Shown: positions 48,940 to 60,320, counted from the first letter of the stretch. The stretch is 64,000 bases of DNA from Deltaproteobacteria bacterium (GCA_020346465.1 CP070783.1:2189097-2253096), one strand, 5' to 3'. Notes: generated by a model from the sequence alone, not told the origin. Numbers and translations: made by a program.

Positions 48940-49434
48940 ATGGAACGGATGTTCTCTCCCTGGCGGATGGAGTATATCCGGGGGGGCGGTGCGGGCGGGG
49001 CACGGTGCATCTTCTGCATCGGGGAGGAAGACCGGGGAGACCCCGAGCGTCTGGTCCTGGGGATCTACCCGAACACGCTCGCGATCTGCAACCGCTACCC
49101 CTACAATAACGGGCACGTCCTTTTCGCCCCCCGGCGCCACGTCGCCGGCCTGGCTCTCCTGTCGGGGGAGGAGCGGGCGGAGCTTGTCTCCCTGCTCGCG
49201 CTCGGGACGAAGGTTCTGGAGGAGGAGTACTCTCCGGAGGGCTTCAACGTGGGGATGAACCTCGGGAAGGTCGCCGGGGCGGGGGTCGTCGACCACCTGC
49301 ACATCCACCTCGTTCCCCGCTGGGACGGGGACACCAACTTCATGACGTCCGTCGTGTCGACCCGGGTCCTCCCCGAGTCCCTCGCGCAGACGCACGGCCG
49401 GCTGTCGGCACGGTTCGGAACGCTTGCACCGTAA
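48940..49434 (+). CDS. HIT-family (histidine triad) nucleotide hydrolase/transferase
   Basis: HxHxHxx motif (VDHLHIHLVPR) and a CIFC zinc-ribbon-like N-terminus. Confidence 0.75.
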   Translation: MERMFSPWRMEYIRGGGAGGARCIFCIGEEDRGDPERLVLGIYPNTLAICNRYPYNNGHVLFAPRRHVAGLALLSGEERAELVSLLALGTKVLEEEYSPEGFNVGMNLGKVAGAGVVDHLHIHLVPRWDGDTNFMTSVVSTRVLPESLAQTHGRLSARFGTLAP

Positions 49435-49459
49435 CGCCACTCGGGTTTCCGGAAGGATC

Positions 49460-52072
49460 ATGTCGACCCAGCTCACCCCCGCGATGCGGCAGTACGTGGA
49501 GATCAAGTCCCGGTACCGGGACTGCATCCTCTTCTTCCGCATGGGCGATTTCTACGAGATGTTCTTCGAGGACGCCCTCCGGGCATCCCGCCTCCTCGAC
49601 ATCGCGCTGACCTCCCGCGACAAGGAGGCGAACATCCCGATGTGCGGGATTCCCTACCACGCCCGGAACGCCTATCTCTCGAAGCTGATCCAGCAGGGGT
49701 GCAAGGTGGCGATCTGCGAGCAGCGGGAGGAGCCGGGGGGACGGGGGCTGTTCCACCGGGAGGTGACCGAGGTCGTCACCCCGGGGCTGGTCTTCCAGGA
49801 GGAATGCCTCGACGCCCGGGGGAACAACTTTCTTGCGTCCGTGCGGTTCCGGCCTCCGTTCGCCTACGCCGCGCTCGACGCCACGACGGGGGAGTTCTTC
49901 TACGAGGCGTGCGGCTCGGGGGAAGCCCTGGCCGACGCCCTCTACCTTCTGTCGCCCGCCGAGTTCGTCTTCCTGGAGGGGGAGGGGCTGCCCCTTCCCG
50001 ACGAGGCCGGCGGGACGAAAGGGAGGCTCGCGCGGATCGTGGAGGGGAAGCTCGCCACGTCGCTGTCCCCCGCCGCGGTCGGCGGCTTCCCCCTCCCGGA
50101 AGGGGTGAACGGCGTGCCGGGGCGGGATCATCCGGCCCACGGCTCGGTCCGCGCCGCCCTGTACTACCTGCATCTTCACCAGCCCGCGGCGCTTGCGGAG
50201 ATTTCGCGGATCTCCGAGAGGAAGGGGCAGCAGTACCTGGCGATGGACGAGACCGCCGTCCGGACGCTCGAGGTCTTCTCGACGATGTCCGGGGAGCGAA
50301 AGGGGAGCCTCCTCTGGGCCGTGGACCGGACCCGGACGCCGATGGGGGCCAGGCTGCTCCGCGCCTGGATTTCCGCCCCGCTGGTCGACGTGACGGGAAT
50401 CGGGGAGCGGCACAAGGCGGTGGCGGAGCTCGTGGAGCGCCCCGCGGACCGCAAGGAGACGGGGGTCTCTCTCTCCGCGATGCCCGACCTCTCCCGGCTG
50501 GCGACCCGCCTCGCCCAGGACCGGTCGGGTCCCCGCGACGTCGTCGCCCTGGCCTCCGCTCTGGATCTCCTCCCCGGCGTCCGGGAGCTCCTGGCGACGG
50601 CGGATTCGCCGCTCCTTCGCGGCGCGCGGGACCGGCTGGGGGACCACGGGGAGGCCGTCGGGATGATCTCCTCGGCCCTGAACGAGCAGGCGCCCGCGGG
50701 AATGAAGGACGGAGGGGTCATCCGCCCGGGGTACGACCCCCGCGTGGACGAACTCACGCACCTGCTCACCCACGGGAAGGGGATGCTCGCCGAGATGGAG
50801 GCGCGGGAGCGGCAGCGGACCGGGATCGCGAACCTGAAGGTCCGGTACAACCGCGTGTTCGGGTATTACCTCGAGGTGTCGCGCTCGAACCTCGACCGGG
50901 TGCCGGACGACTACATCCGGAAGCAGACCCTGGTGAACGCGGAACGGTTCATCACCCCCGAGCTCAAGGAGTTCGAGGCGAAGGTGCTGCGGGCGGAGGA
51001 GGAGCTCCACGCCCGGGAGGAGGAGCTCTTCCTGGCGCTGCGGGAGGCGCTGAAAGGACATCTGCCGGGCATCACCCGGGCCGCGGAGGCGGTCGCGGAA
51101 ATCGACGTCCTCCTGTCGTTTGCCGAGCTGGCCACGGCGGGCGGCTACTGCCGGCCGATCGTGAACCCGGGGCGGGACATCGTCATCGAGAACGGCAGGC
51201 ACCCCGTGGTCGAGAGGATCCTCGGCCGCCACGCCTTCGTCCCCAATGACTGCCGGCTCGACCCCCGGGAGATCCAGATCGCCCTGATCACGGGGCCCAA
51301 CATGGCCGGGAAGTCCACCTACATCCGGCAGGTGGCGCTCATCGTCCTGCTCGCCCAGGCCGGGTCGTTCGTCCCCGCGGAGCGGGCGGAGATCGGCGCG
51401 GTCGACCGGATCTTCACCCGGATCGGGGCGTCCGACGACATCTCCCGGGGCGAGAGCACGTTCATGGTCGAGATGCGGGAGACCTCCCGGATCCTTTCGG
51501 GACTCACCCCGGCGACGCTCGTCGTGCTCGACGAGGTGGGAAGGGGAACGAGCACCTTCGACGGCCTGAGCATCGCCTGGGCGGTTGCGGAGTTTCTCCA
51601 CGAGTCCCCGTCCCGTCCGAAGGTGCTCTTCGCCACGCACTTCCACGAGCTGACCGACATCGCGAGGACCTCGCCCCGGGCGCGGAACTTCCACGTGTCC
51701 GTGCGGGAGTGGCAGGGGGAGATCATCTTCCTGCGCCGCATCGACGAGGGGAGCGCGAGCAAGTCCTACGGGATCCAGGTGGCCCGGCTGGCGGGGCTGC
51801 CCGACCCCGTGATCGCGCGGGCCCGAGATATTTTGAAAAACCTCGAATCCGCCGAGTATAATGAATACGGGCTGCCCAGCATCGCCGGGCCGGGCGCCGC
51901 GGGGAGCGCGGATACGAGCCAGATGGAGCTGTTCGGCGGGCGCCGCGTCTCCACCGACGACGACGCCGTGCTCGAGGAGATCCGGAAGGCGGACGTCGAG
52001 CGGCTGTCGCCCCTGGACGCGCTTCTGCACCTTGCGGCGTGGAAAGAGAGGTTGTCAAAGGGAAACCGGTGA
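49460..52072 (+). CDS. mutS: DNA mismatch repair protein MutS
   Basis: Mismatch-binding N-terminus (TPAMRQYVEIKSRYRD...FYEMFFEDA) and Walker A (GPNMAGKST); ATG behind a GGAAGGA SD (the ORF-track start 36 nt upstream lacks one). Confidence 0.9.
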   Translation: MSTQLTPAMRQYVEIKSRYRDCILFFRMGDFYEMFFEDALRASRLLDIALTSRDKEANIPMCGIPYHARNAYLSKLIQQGCKVAICEQREEPGGRGLFHREVTEVVTPGLVFQEECLDARGNNFLASVRFRPPFAYAALDATTGEFFYEACGSGEALADALYLLSPAEFVFLEGEGLPLPDEAGGTKGRLARIVEGKLATSLSPAAVGGFPLPEGVNGVPGRDHPAHGSVRAALYYLHLHQPAALAEISRISERKGQQYLAMDETAVRTLEVFSTMSGERKGSLLWAVDRTRTPMGARLLRAWISAPLVDVTGIGERHKAVAELVERPADRKETGVSLSAMPDLSRLATRLAQDRSGPRDVVALASALDLLPGVRELLATADSPLLRGARDRLGDHGEAVGMISSALNEQAPAGMKDGGVIRPGYDPRVDELTHLLTHGKGMLAEMEARERQRTGIANLKVRYNRVFGYYLEVSRSNLDRVPDDYIRKQTLVNAERFITPELKEFEAKVLRAEEELHAREEELFLALREALKGHLPGITRAAEAVAEIDVLLSFAELATAGGYCRPIVNPGRDIVIENGRHPVVERILGRHAFVPNDCRLDPREIQIALITGPNMAGKSTYIRQVALIVLLAQAGSFVPAERAEIGAVDRIFTRIGASDDISRGESTFMVEMRETSRILSGLTPATLVVLDEVGRGTSTFDGLSIAWAVAEFLHESPSRPKVLFATHFHELTDIARTSPRARNFHVSVREWQGEIIFLRRIDEGSASKSYGIQVARLAGLPDPVIARARDILKNLESAEYNEYGLPSIAGPGAAGSADTSQMELFGGRRVSTDDDAVLEEIRKADVERLSPLDALLHLAAWKERLSKGNR

Positions 52073-53226
52073 GTTCCCTCACCCGCCATCTTGTCGCGGC
52101 CATCGTCGCCGCGACCCTTCTGTTCCCGCCCCACGTGTCGCCGTCTCCCGCCCGTCTCGCCCTGGTGTCCGAGATCCGCCACTGGACGAGCCGGGAGTAC
52201 ACCCGCGTCGTCATCGACCTCGAGGGCGAGGCGAGGTACGAGGCGAACTTCCTGGGAGCCGACCCCGTTCGGAACCTGCCTCCCCGGATCTTCATCGACA
52301 TCCAGGGCGCGGACCTCCGGGATGAGATCGTCCGGCACCCGCGGGAGGTCCACAACGGGCTTCTCACCCGCGTCCGGGCCGGCCGGTTCCGGGCCGGCGT
52401 GGTGCGCGTCGTCATCGACCTCGAAAGGGAGAGCGGGTACCGCGTCTTCGACCTCTCCGACCCTTCCCGGATCATCGTGGACATCGACGGCGGATCGCCG
52501 GGGACCGGACAGGGCTCCCCGATCCCCGAACCTTCCGGGAAGATCGTCGTCATGCTCGACCCCGGCCACGGCGGGAAGGACCCGGGGGCGACCGGCCCCA
52601 CGGGGTTGAAGGAAAAGGACGTCGTGCTGACGATCGGGCGGATGGTCCGGGAGAAGCTGTCCCGGTTCCCCGACTTCGAGGTGGGCATGACGAGGGACAC
52701 GGACGTCTTCATTCCGCTCGAGGAGCGGACCGCGATTGCCAACAAGGCGGGTGCGGACATCTTCGTGTCCCTCCACATCAACGCGAGCAGGGACCGGAAG
52801 GCCCGGGGGATCTCCACCTACGTCCTGAGCCGCGCCAGCGACCGGGAAGCGCTGGAGCTGGCCGCCCGCGAGAACGGGGTCACGGTCCAGAAACTCTCGG
52901 AAGTCAAATTCATCATCGACGACCTGTCCACCTACGGAAGGAAAAAGGAGTCGCTCAAGCTCGCCAAGACCGTCAACGACGCCATCGTCCGGAACATCAG
53001 CAGCCGGCACGGCCCCGTGCACGACCTGGGGCTGAAGCAGGCCCCGTTCTACGTCCTTGTGGGGGCCCGGATGACGGCCGTCCTCGTGGAGACCTCCTTC
53101 ATCAGCAACCGGAGCGAAGAGAGCCGGTTGCGCAGCCAAGAATACCTGGAGACGATCGCCGACAGCGTGGTGGAGGCCATCCGGTACTATGGGGAAAACG
53201 GCGCGCTGGCCCGCGCAGGCATGTGA
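52069..53226 (+). CDS. amiC: N-acetylmuramoyl-L-alanine amidase (AmiC-like: AMIN domain plus amidase_3)
   Basis: Signal peptide, an AMIN-like beta domain, then zinc-amidase motifs (MLDPGHGGKDPGA...FVSLHINAS); GTG overlaps the mutS stop. Confidence 0.8.
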   Translation: MSSLTRHLVAAIVAATLLFPPHVSPSPARLALVSEIRHWTSREYTRVVIDLEGEARYEANFLGADPVRNLPPRIFIDIQGADLRDEIVRHPREVHNGLLTRVRAGRFRAGVVRVVIDLERESGYRVFDLSDPSRIIVDIDGGSPGTGQGSPIPEPSGKIVVMLDPGHGGKDPGATGPTGLKEKDVVLTIGRMVREKLSRFPDFEVGMTRDTDVFIPLEERTAIANKAGADIFVSLHINASRDRKARGISTYVLSRASDREALELAARENGVTVQKLSEVKFIIDDLSTYGRKKESLKLAKTVNDAIVRNISSRHGPVHDLGLKQAPFYVLVGARMTAVLVETSFISNRSEESRLRSQEYLETIADSVVEAIRYYGENGALARAGM

Positions 53227-55925
53227 GGGGCCCCGTGTCCGTCCCCCTCTTTCGCGCGGAGACCCTGCGGCCGGGACTGTCCGAGCATGACTTCCTCGAC
53301 TACCTGAAATCGTACCTGTCCGACACCCACACCGCGGTGCGCGAAGAGCTGCGTTCCGGCCCGGCCGGCGGCAACGACGCATGCCGGAAGCAGGCGGACG
53401 CGATGGACAACGTGCTGCGCGCCCTGCACGACCGCGCCAGGGAACGCTTCCTGTCCACCGCGCCCGAGCTGAAATACCGGATGGCGGTCATCTCCGTCGG
53501 CGGCTACGGGCGGCGGGAGCTTTGCCCGAAATCGGACATCGACCTGCTCTTTCTCCATGCGTACAAGGTGGACCCGTACGTGGAGGCGATGACCGAGCGG
53601 ATCCTGTACCCCCTCTGGGACCTCGGGCTGGACGTTGGACACAGCGTCCGCAACCTCAACGAGACGTTCCGGATGGCGGCGGCGGACGACTCGATCCGCA
53701 CGGCGCTCATGGATTTCCGGCTCGTCGCGGGGGACGCGCCGTTCTTCCGGGAATCGGCCGACCAGATCGAGAAGTTCCTCTTCTTCGCCGACGCCGACCG
53801 GTTCATCGAGAAGAAGCTGGCGGAGATCCGGAACCGGCACGCCAAGTACGGGGAGACGGTGTACGTGCTGGAGCCCAACGTCAAGGAGGGGAAGGGGGGC
53901 CTGCGGGACCTCCACTCCGCCGTGTGGGTTGCCCGGGTCAAGTACAAGTGCAAAACCCTGGTGGAACTGCGCAACAAGGGCGTGATCGGGGAGAATACGC
54001 TCCGGGCGGTCGAGCATGCCCAGGACTACCTCCTGCGGGTCCGCAGCGAGCTGCACATCCTCACGGGGAAGAAGACCGACGTCCTCAGCTTCGAGGTCCA
54101 GGACCCGATGGCCGCGGTCTTCGGCTACCGCGACCGGGGGAGGGACCTTGCGGTGGAACGGTTCATGCGGACCTACTACATGAACGCCTCCGTCGCCGTC
54201 CATCTGGCCGAGGAGCTCCTGGAGCAGGTCGACCGCCGCATCGCGGAGGGGTTCCGGAAGCCCCTGTACTCACTCCGGAAGAAGAAGATCGACGGGGTCG
54301 CGGTCCTCTACAAGGGGAAGCTCAGCCCCCTGGCCGGGGTCTCGTTCCAGAAGGAGCCGCTGCGGATTCTCGAGTTCTTCCGGGTGATGCAGAAAACCCG
54401 CTCCGTGCCCACGGCGCAGGCCAAGAAGAGCATCCAGCGTTCCCTGGCGGACCTGGGGCCGGAATTTCCCCGGAACCCGCGGGCGGCGGAGCTGTTCCTC
54501 GCGATCCTGTCGGACCCCCACCACCTGCACGAAACCCTGCTTTTCATGCACGAGTGCCGGTTCCTGGGGAGGTACATCCCCGAGTTCGCGCCGCTGTCCT
54601 TCCGCGTGCAGCGGGACATCTACCACGTCTACACCGTCGACATCCACCTGATCCTGGCGGCGACCATCCTCCCCGGCCTCGAGGGGAAAACGGGACGGAC
54701 GTCCGAAGAGGAGGACTTTCTCGCCATCTACCGGTCGATCCCCCGGAAGGACCTCCTTGCGCTCGCGGTCCTGTGCCACGATATCGGGAAGGGGAAGGGG
54801 CACGGCCATTCCCGCATCGGCGCGGAGATCGTCGCCCGCATCGGGGAGCGGATGGGCCTTTCCCGGGACGAGACCGCCGACCTCGTCTTCCTCGTGGAGC
54901 ACCACCTCCTGATGGCGCACGTGTCGCAGAGAAGGGACATGCACGACATCGAGATGATCATCCACTTCTGCGATACGGTGAAGACCACGGCCCGGCTCGA
55001 CATGCTCTACCTCCTCACCTACGCGGACCTGCGCGCGGTCGGGCCGGACGTGTGGAACCAGTGGAAGGCGATGCTCCTGCGCGAGCTCTACGAGAAGGGC
55101 AGGAACGTCCTCGAGACGGGAAAGCTCAAGCGCCCGTTCACGGAGCGGCCGAGGCAGCGTCGCGAGAAGGTCCGCGAGATCCTTTCCGCCGTCCCGCCCG
55201 GGGCCGTCGAGGAATACCTCTCCCGGTTCGACGACCGGTATTTCCTGGGGACGCCCGACGAGCGGTTCGCCGATCACCTGCGCATCCTGTCCTCGTACGA
55301 CGGCGCCACCCCCCGGATCGAGGTGTTCGATTCCCCCCCGATGGGCACCTCGGAACTGATCGTCGTCTGCCCGGACGAGCACGGCCTCTTCTCCAAGATC
55401 GCCGGCACCCTGTCCGCCAACGGGATCAACATCCTGAACGCCACGATCGCCACCTCCGGCGATGGCGTGGCGCTGGACACCTTCTACGTGACCTACATGG
55501 GGAAGAGCCTGCAGGGGCTTCCGAAGAAGCACCGGCTGGTGGAGGACCTGGTCGCGGTCCTGCGCAGGGAGACCGATGTCGAGACGCTGTTCGCGGAGCG
55601 GCAGGCTGCGCGGTACGTGCGGGAGAAGGTGACCAGGTTCCGCCCGACCCGCGTGGTCTTCGACAACGAGGTCTCCTCCCGGTACACCGTGGTCGACATC
55701 TTCACCTACGACCGCATCGGCCTCCTCTACGACATCACCCGCACGCTCGCCGCCATGAAGATCGAAATCGCCCTGTCGAAGATCTCCACGAAGGCGGACC
55801 AGGTGGCCGACGTATTCTATCTGATGGACGAGGACGGAAAGAAGATCGTCCGTCCGGAGCGGCTCGAGGAGATCCGCAAGGGGCTTCTCGAGGCGATCGG
55901 CAGCGGAGAGGGGCCGGCCGGATGA
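53223..55925 (+). CDS. glnD: [protein-PII] uridylyltransferase / uridylyl-removing enzyme
   Basis: Nucleotidyltransferase (GGYGRRELCPKSDIDLLFL), an HD domain and two C-terminal ACT domains; 900 aa. Confidence 0.85.
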   Translation: MRGPVSVPLFRAETLRPGLSEHDFLDYLKSYLSDTHTAVREELRSGPAGGNDACRKQADAMDNVLRALHDRARERFLSTAPELKYRMAVISVGGYGRRELCPKSDIDLLFLHAYKVDPYVEAMTERILYPLWDLGLDVGHSVRNLNETFRMAAADDSIRTALMDFRLVAGDAPFFRESADQIEKFLFFADADRFIEKKLAEIRNRHAKYGETVYVLEPNVKEGKGGLRDLHSAVWVARVKYKCKTLVELRNKGVIGENTLRAVEHAQDYLLRVRSELHILTGKKTDVLSFEVQDPMAAVFGYRDRGRDLAVERFMRTYYMNASVAVHLAEELLEQVDRRIAEGFRKPLYSLRKKKIDGVAVLYKGKLSPLAGVSFQKEPLRILEFFRVMQKTRSVPTAQAKKSIQRSLADLGPEFPRNPRAAELFLAILSDPHHLHETLLFMHECRFLGRYIPEFAPLSFRVQRDIYHVYTVDIHLILAATILPGLEGKTGRTSEEEDFLAIYRSIPRKDLLALAVLCHDIGKGKGHGHSRIGAEIVARIGERMGLSRDETADLVFLVEHHLLMAHVSQRRDMHDIEMIIHFCDTVKTTARLDMLYLLTYADLRAVGPDVWNQWKAMLLRELYEKGRNVLETGKLKRPFTERPRQRREKVREILSAVPPGAVEEYLSRFDDRYFLGTPDERFADHLRILSSYDGATPRIEVFDSPPMGTSELIVVCPDEHGLFSKIAGTLSANGINILNATIATSGDGVALDTFYVTYMGKSLQGLPKKHRLVEDLVAVLRRETDVETLFAERQAARYVREKVTRFRPTRVVFDNEVSSRYTVVDIFTYDRIGLLYDITRTLAAMKIEIALSKISTKADQVADVFYLMDEDGKKIVRPERLEEIRKGLLEAIGSGEGPAG

Positions 55926-56467
55926 AGGCGGGAATCCTGTCCGACTCGCACGACCAGAGGAACGCCGTCGAGGACGCCCTCGCCCTCTTCCGGGGGGAGG
56001 GGGTCGCGGTGGTGCTGCACCTGGGGGACGTCTGCCGTCCCGATACGATCGCCGCGTTCCGGGGGTGCGGAATCCCCCTGGTCGGCGTGTACGGGAACAA
56101 CGACTACGAGCGGGAGGAACTGCAGGCCGTCTCCGGCGGCGCGTTCCAGCGGGGGCCCTACAGGCCCGTGATCGGCGGGCGGAAGGTCCTCATGGCCCAC
56201 TCCTTCGACGAGCTCCAGGAGGAGATCGGCGAGGGGGGGAAGTTCGACCTGATCCTCTTCGGCCACACCCACCGGCCGCTCACGATGCGCATCGGGAGGG
56301 CACTGATCCTCAACCCGGGGGAGGCATGCGGATTCCTGGGCGGGAAGGCGACCTGCGCCGTGATCGATCTCGACACGATGGAGGCGAGCATCCGGGAAAT
56401 CCGTGCCGGCGGCGCCGCGGAGGCGCCCCCGCCGGGGGAGGTCGCCCTGACCCCCCGGAAACGGTAG
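55922..56467 (+). CDS. YfcE/MJ0936-like metallophosphoesterase
   Basis: Calcineurin-like motifs (ILSDSH, LHLGD, GNND, GHTH); ATGA overlap with glnD. Confidence 0.7.
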   Translation: MKAGILSDSHDQRNAVEDALALFRGEGVAVVLHLGDVCRPDTIAAFRGCGIPLVGVYGNNDYEREELQAVSGGAFQRGPYRPVIGGRKVLMAHSFDELQEEIGEGGKFDLILFGHTHRPLTMRIGRALILNPGEACGFLGGKATCAVIDLDTMEASIREIRAGGAAEAPPPGEVALTPRKR

Positions 56468-56473
56468 GCGAAC

Positions 56474-57409
56474 GTGGACATCGACGCCCTCGCGGATGCC
56501 TTCCTCCTGCACCTGCGGACCGAGCGGCGGCTCTCGCCCAACACCGTCGAGTCGTACGGGTTCGACATGCGCCGGTTCGCCTCTTTCGTGGAGGCCTCCG
56601 GCGTACGCCTCTCCGACTTCTCCCGGTCGCATTTCCTCGCGTTCCTTTCCTCGCTGCAGACCGGCAAGCGGGGCGGGCAGGGCGGGGCGCCGAAGCCGCT
56701 CGCCGCAGGGACCAGGTCCCGGATCGTCTCGACGGTCCGCTCGTTCTTCCGGTTCCTCTCCCGGGAGGGGATCCTGCCCGCAAACCCGGTCGAAGAGGTC
56801 AAAGGCCCCCGGAAGAGCCGCAACCTGCCGCAGTACCTCACGCTCACGGACGTGGACAGGCTGCTCGATGCGCCGGACCGGAACACCGCCGAGGGGATGC
56901 GGGACCGGGCCATGCTCGAACTGTTGTACGCCACGGGCCTGCGCGCCTCCGAGATCGTCTCCCTCCGGAAGGAGAACGTGGACATGAACGCCGGGTTCGT
57001 CCGGGTCCTCGGCAAGAGGGGGAAAGAGCGGATCGTCCCCGTCGCCTCGTCCTCGCTTGACATCCTCAAGGAGTATCTCGAGCTCTGGCAGCCGGCCTTC
57101 CTCCGGAACCGGGAGGGGAGGAGCGCCGCCGCCAACGTCCTGTTCCTTTCCCGGCTGGGCCGGCCGATCACCCGGCAGACGCTCTGGAACCGGATCGGCC
57201 GGTGGGCGAAGGCGGCGGGGATCCGCCAGAAGATCTCCCCGCACACGCTGCGCCACTCCTTCGCCGGCCACCTCCTCGCGGGCGGGGCGGACCTGCGGGC
57301 GGTGCAGACCATGCTCGGCCACGCCGACATCTCGACGACCCAGATCTACACGCACGTGACGACGGAACGGATCCGGGAGATCCACAGGAAACACCACCCC
57401 AGGGGGTAG
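56474..57409 (+). CDS. xerD: site-specific tyrosine recombinase XerC/XerD
   Basis: [31 protein letters not shown] catalytic C-terminus; 311 aa. Confidence 0.85.
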   Translation: MDIDALADAFLLHLRTERRLSPNTVESYGFDMRRFASFVEASGVRLSDFSRSHFLAFLSSLQTGKRGGQGGAPKPLAAGTRSRIVSTVRSFFRFLSREGILPANPVEEVKGPRKSRNLPQYLTLTDVDRLLDAPDRNTAEGMRDRAMLELLYATGLRASEIVSLRKENVDMNAGFVRVLGKRGKERIVPVASSSLDILKEYLELWQPAFLRNREGRSAAANVLFLSRLGRPITRQTLWNRIGRWAKAAGIRQKISPHTLRHSFAGHLLAGGADLRAVQTMLGHADISTTQIYTHVTTERIREIHRKHHPRG

Positions 57410-57418
57410 AGGAGCGGC

Positions 57419-57664
57419 ATGAAGAGGAAACTGGCGGGGGAGAATCTGCTGCTGAAAAAGTCCCCGAAGGGCCGGACGGGGAAGTACATGCTGGAAATGG
57501 CGGCGTTGACCCCGGAGGAGCGCAAGGAGCTCGAGGAGTCCATCCGGACGCACATGATGGTGCGGTTCGTGGCGGCAATCATCATCTGGATCGTGCTGCT
57601 GCTGGTGGTGGTGCTGGGGATCGCCCGGGCCTTCGAGATCGTCCGGATGTCGTCAGGGCGGTAA
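57419..57664 (+). CDS. small hypothetical membrane protein (81 aa, one C-terminal TM helix)
   Basis: ATG 5 nt after a GAGGAG SD; charged N-terminal half, then [20 protein letters not shown]; no recognisable family. Confidence 0.45.
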   Translation: MKRKLAGENLLLKKSPKGRTGKYMLEMAALTPEERKELEESIRTHMMVRFVAAIIIWIVLLLVVVLGIARAFEIVRMSSGR

Positions 57665-57686
57665 CGGCCGGCGGACGGAAGGGCGG

Positions 57687-60320
57687 ATGGACGTCATCAC
57701 CACCCACATCAACGCGGACTTCGACACCATCGCCTCCATGATGGCGGCCCGCAAGCTCTACCCCGGCGCCGTCCTGGTGCTCCCGGGGTCGAAGGAGGAG
57801 ACGGTGAAGGGGTTCCTCCTCCAGTCGGCCCTCTACGCGCTCGAAATGAAGAAAGTCCGCGAGATCGACTTCTCGAAGGTGACCCGCCTGATCCTCGTCG
57901 ATATCCGGAACTCCTCGCGGATCGGCCCGTTCCGGGATCTCCTCGGCAGGCCCGATGTGGACGTCCACGTCTACGACCACCACCCGGAGGAGGACGCCGA
58001 CATCCACGGGAGCCTGGAGGTGATTCGCAAGGTCGGGTCGACGACGACGATCCTCGTCCAGATCCTGAAAGAGCGGGGGATCCCGATCACGCAGGACGAG
58101 GCCACGGTGATGATGCTCGGGATCTACGAGGACACGGGGTCGCTCTCGTTCCCCTCGACGACGGTGGACGACTACCTGGCCGCCGCGCACCTCAAGGAGT
58201 GCGGGGCCAGCCTGGAGGCGGTGTCGGACATCCTCGCCAAGGATTTCACCGCCGAGCAGATCGCGCTCCTGTACGACCTGATCCAGGCGTCGAAGGCGTA
58301 CACCGTCCACGGCGTGGAGGTGGTCATCGCCGAGGCCCGCCGGGAGGAGTACGTGGGGGACCTGGCGATCCTCGTCCACAAGCTGCGCGACATGGAGGGG
58401 GTGAGCGTCCTGTTCGCCGTCTGCCAGATGGGGGACCGCATCGTGCTGGTCGCCAGGAGCCGCAAGCCCGAGGTGGACGCCGGGGCGCTGATGCGCGAGT
58501 TCGGCGGCGGCGGGCATCACTACGCCGCGTCGGCCACGGTCAAGGACGCCACGATCTTCCAGGTCCGGGAGAAGATCCTCGCGACCCTCGCCGGCAAGAT
58601 CATCCCCCGCCGCACCGCGGCCGACCTCATGGCCTCTCCCGTCCGGCACGCCACGGTCGGGAACACGATGACCGACGTCCATTACCTCCTGACGCGGTAC
58701 AACATCAACGCCGTTCCGGTCCTCAAGGACGGCGAGGCACTCGGGATCCTCACCCGGCAGGTGGTGGAAAAAGCCCTGTTCCACGGGCTCGGGAACGAAA
58801 GCGTCGAGGACTACATGAACACCGACTTCGAGACCGTCGGGCCGCAAGAAGGGATCGAGCGGATCCAGGAGATCATCATCGGGAAGAACCAGCGGCTTCT
58901 CCCCGTCGTCTCGGACGGCCGGGTGGCGGGCGTCATCACCCGGACCGGGTTCCTGTGGTTCCTCCACGACGTGCGGGACGTGGTCCACCCGGGCCCCGAG
59001 GAGGACATCCCCGCGGAAGGAGCGCTCGCCCGGCGGAAGCTCATCCACAACCTGATGGGGGAGCTCCTCCCGGACCGGGTGTACGGCCTGCTGGTCGGCG
59101 CGGGGGAGGTGGCCGAGCGGATCGGGATGAAGGCGTACGTCATCGGCGGGTTCGTCCGGGACCTCGTGATGCGCAACCACAACCTCGACGTCGACATCGC
59201 GATCGAGGGGGACGGGATCGCCTTCGCGGAGGCCTTCTCGCACGAGTACCCGTGCCGGGTGCGGGCCCACCACAAGTTCGGGACGGCGGTCCTCGTCTTC
59301 CCGGACGGCTACAAGGTCGACGTCGCCACGACGCGCGTCGAGTATTACCGGGAGCCGGGGGCCCTGCCCACCGTGGAGTACAGCAGCCTGAAGCTCGATC
59401 TGTACCGCCGGGATTTCACCATCAACACGCTGGCCGTGCGGCTCAATCCCGGCGTGTTCGGGGAGCTCATCGACTTCTTCGGGGCGCAACGGGACATCAA
59501 GGAGAGGGTCCTGCGCATTCTCCACTCCCTGTCGTTCGTCGAGGACCCGTCCCGGATCCTCCGCGCCATGCGGTTCGAGCGCCGGTTCGGCTTCGCCATC
59601 GGCCGGCACACCCAGAACCTCATCCGCAACGCCGTCCGGCTCGAACTGATCGCGAGGCTGCCGAAGCCGAGGCTCTTCAGCGAGCTGGAGCTCATCCTCA
59701 AGGAAGAGGAGCCCGTCGGGATCCTGAAGCGCCTCGCCTCCTTCGGCATCGGCCCCTCGCTCCACCCGAAGATCACCCTCGACAAGGCACAGATCGCCCT
59801 GCTGGAGGAGACCTCCGAGATCCTCGTCTGGTTCTCCCTCCTCTTCCTGGAGGAGAAGGTGGAGAGGTGGTCGGTCCTGTTCCTCGCGCTCCTGAATCCC
59901 CTGGACCCCGGGGAGGCGAAGAAGTTCGTCGCCGGACTGGGCGCGGGGCGGAGGCTGCGGGAATGGGTGCGCATCGCCAAAGACGAGGCACCCGAGACCA
60001 CATACCGCCTTCTGTCCGCCCGGGTCGTCTCCCGGAAGTTCATCCACGACTGCCTGAACCCGCTTCCGACAGAGGTCATCCTTTACCTGATGGCAAAAGC
60101 CAAACACAACGATATCAAAAGGTATATTTCCCTGTATTTCACCCAGCTCAAGTACGTGCGGCCGGTGATCACGGGGAAGGACCTCCTGGACCTGGGGTAT
60201 CCGCCGGGCCCCTTGTACAAGCAGGTCCTGGACGAGGTTCTGGAGAGAAAGTTCGCGGGGGAGCTGAGCACGAAGGCGGACGAGATGTCGTTCGTCCTCA
60301 CCCACTTCCCCCGGCACTGA
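57687..60320 (+). CDS. multidomain DHH-DHHA1 / CBS-pair / tRNA nucleotidyltransferase (CCA-adding or poly(A) polymerase family) fusion protein
   Basis: N-terminal DHH (VYDHHPEE) and DHHA1 (GGGGHH) motifs, two CBS domains, then a PolyA_pol head ([23 protein letters not shown]...[10 protein letters not shown]) and a C-terminal tRNA-binding tail; 877 aa. Confidence 0.8.
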   Translation: MDVITTHINADFDTIASMMAARKLYPGAVLVLPGSKEETVKGFLLQSALYALEMKKVREIDFSKVTRLILVDIRNSSRIGPFRDLLGRPDVDVHVYDHHPEEDADIHGSLEVIRKVGSTTTILVQILKERGIPITQDEATVMMLGIYEDTGSLSFPSTTVDDYLAAAHLKECGASLEAVSDILAKDFTAEQIALLYDLIQASKAYTVHGVEVVIAEARREEYVGDLAILVHKLRDMEGVSVLFAVCQMGDRIVLVARSRKPEVDAGALMREFGGGGHHYAASATVKDATIFQVREKILATLAGKIIPRRTAADLMASPVRHATVGNTMTDVHYLLTRYNINAVPVLKDGEALGILTRQVVEKALFHGLGNESVEDYMNTDFETVGPQEGIERIQEIIIGKNQRLLPVVSDGRVAGVITRTGFLWFLHDVRDVVHPGPEEDIPAEGALARRKLIHNLMGELLPDRVYGLLVGAGEVAERIGMKAYVIGGFVRDLVMRNHNLDVDIAIEGDGIAFAEAFSHEYPCRVRAHHKFGTAVLVFPDGYKVDVATTRVEYYREPGALPTVEYSSLKLDLYRRDFTINTLAVRLNPGVFGELIDFFGAQRDIKERVLRILHSLSFVEDPSRILRAMRFERRFGFAIGRHTQNLIRNAVRLELIARLPKPRLFSELELILKEEEPVGILKRLASFGIGPSLHPKITLDKAQIALLEETSEILVWFSLLFLEEKVERWSVLFLALLNPLDPGEAKKFVAGLGAGRRLREWVRIAKDEAPETTYRLLSARVVSRKFIHDCLNPLPTEVILYLMAKAKHNDIKRYISLYFTQLKYVRPVITGKDLLDLGYPPGPLYKQVLDEVLERKFAGELSTKADEMSFVLTHFPRH

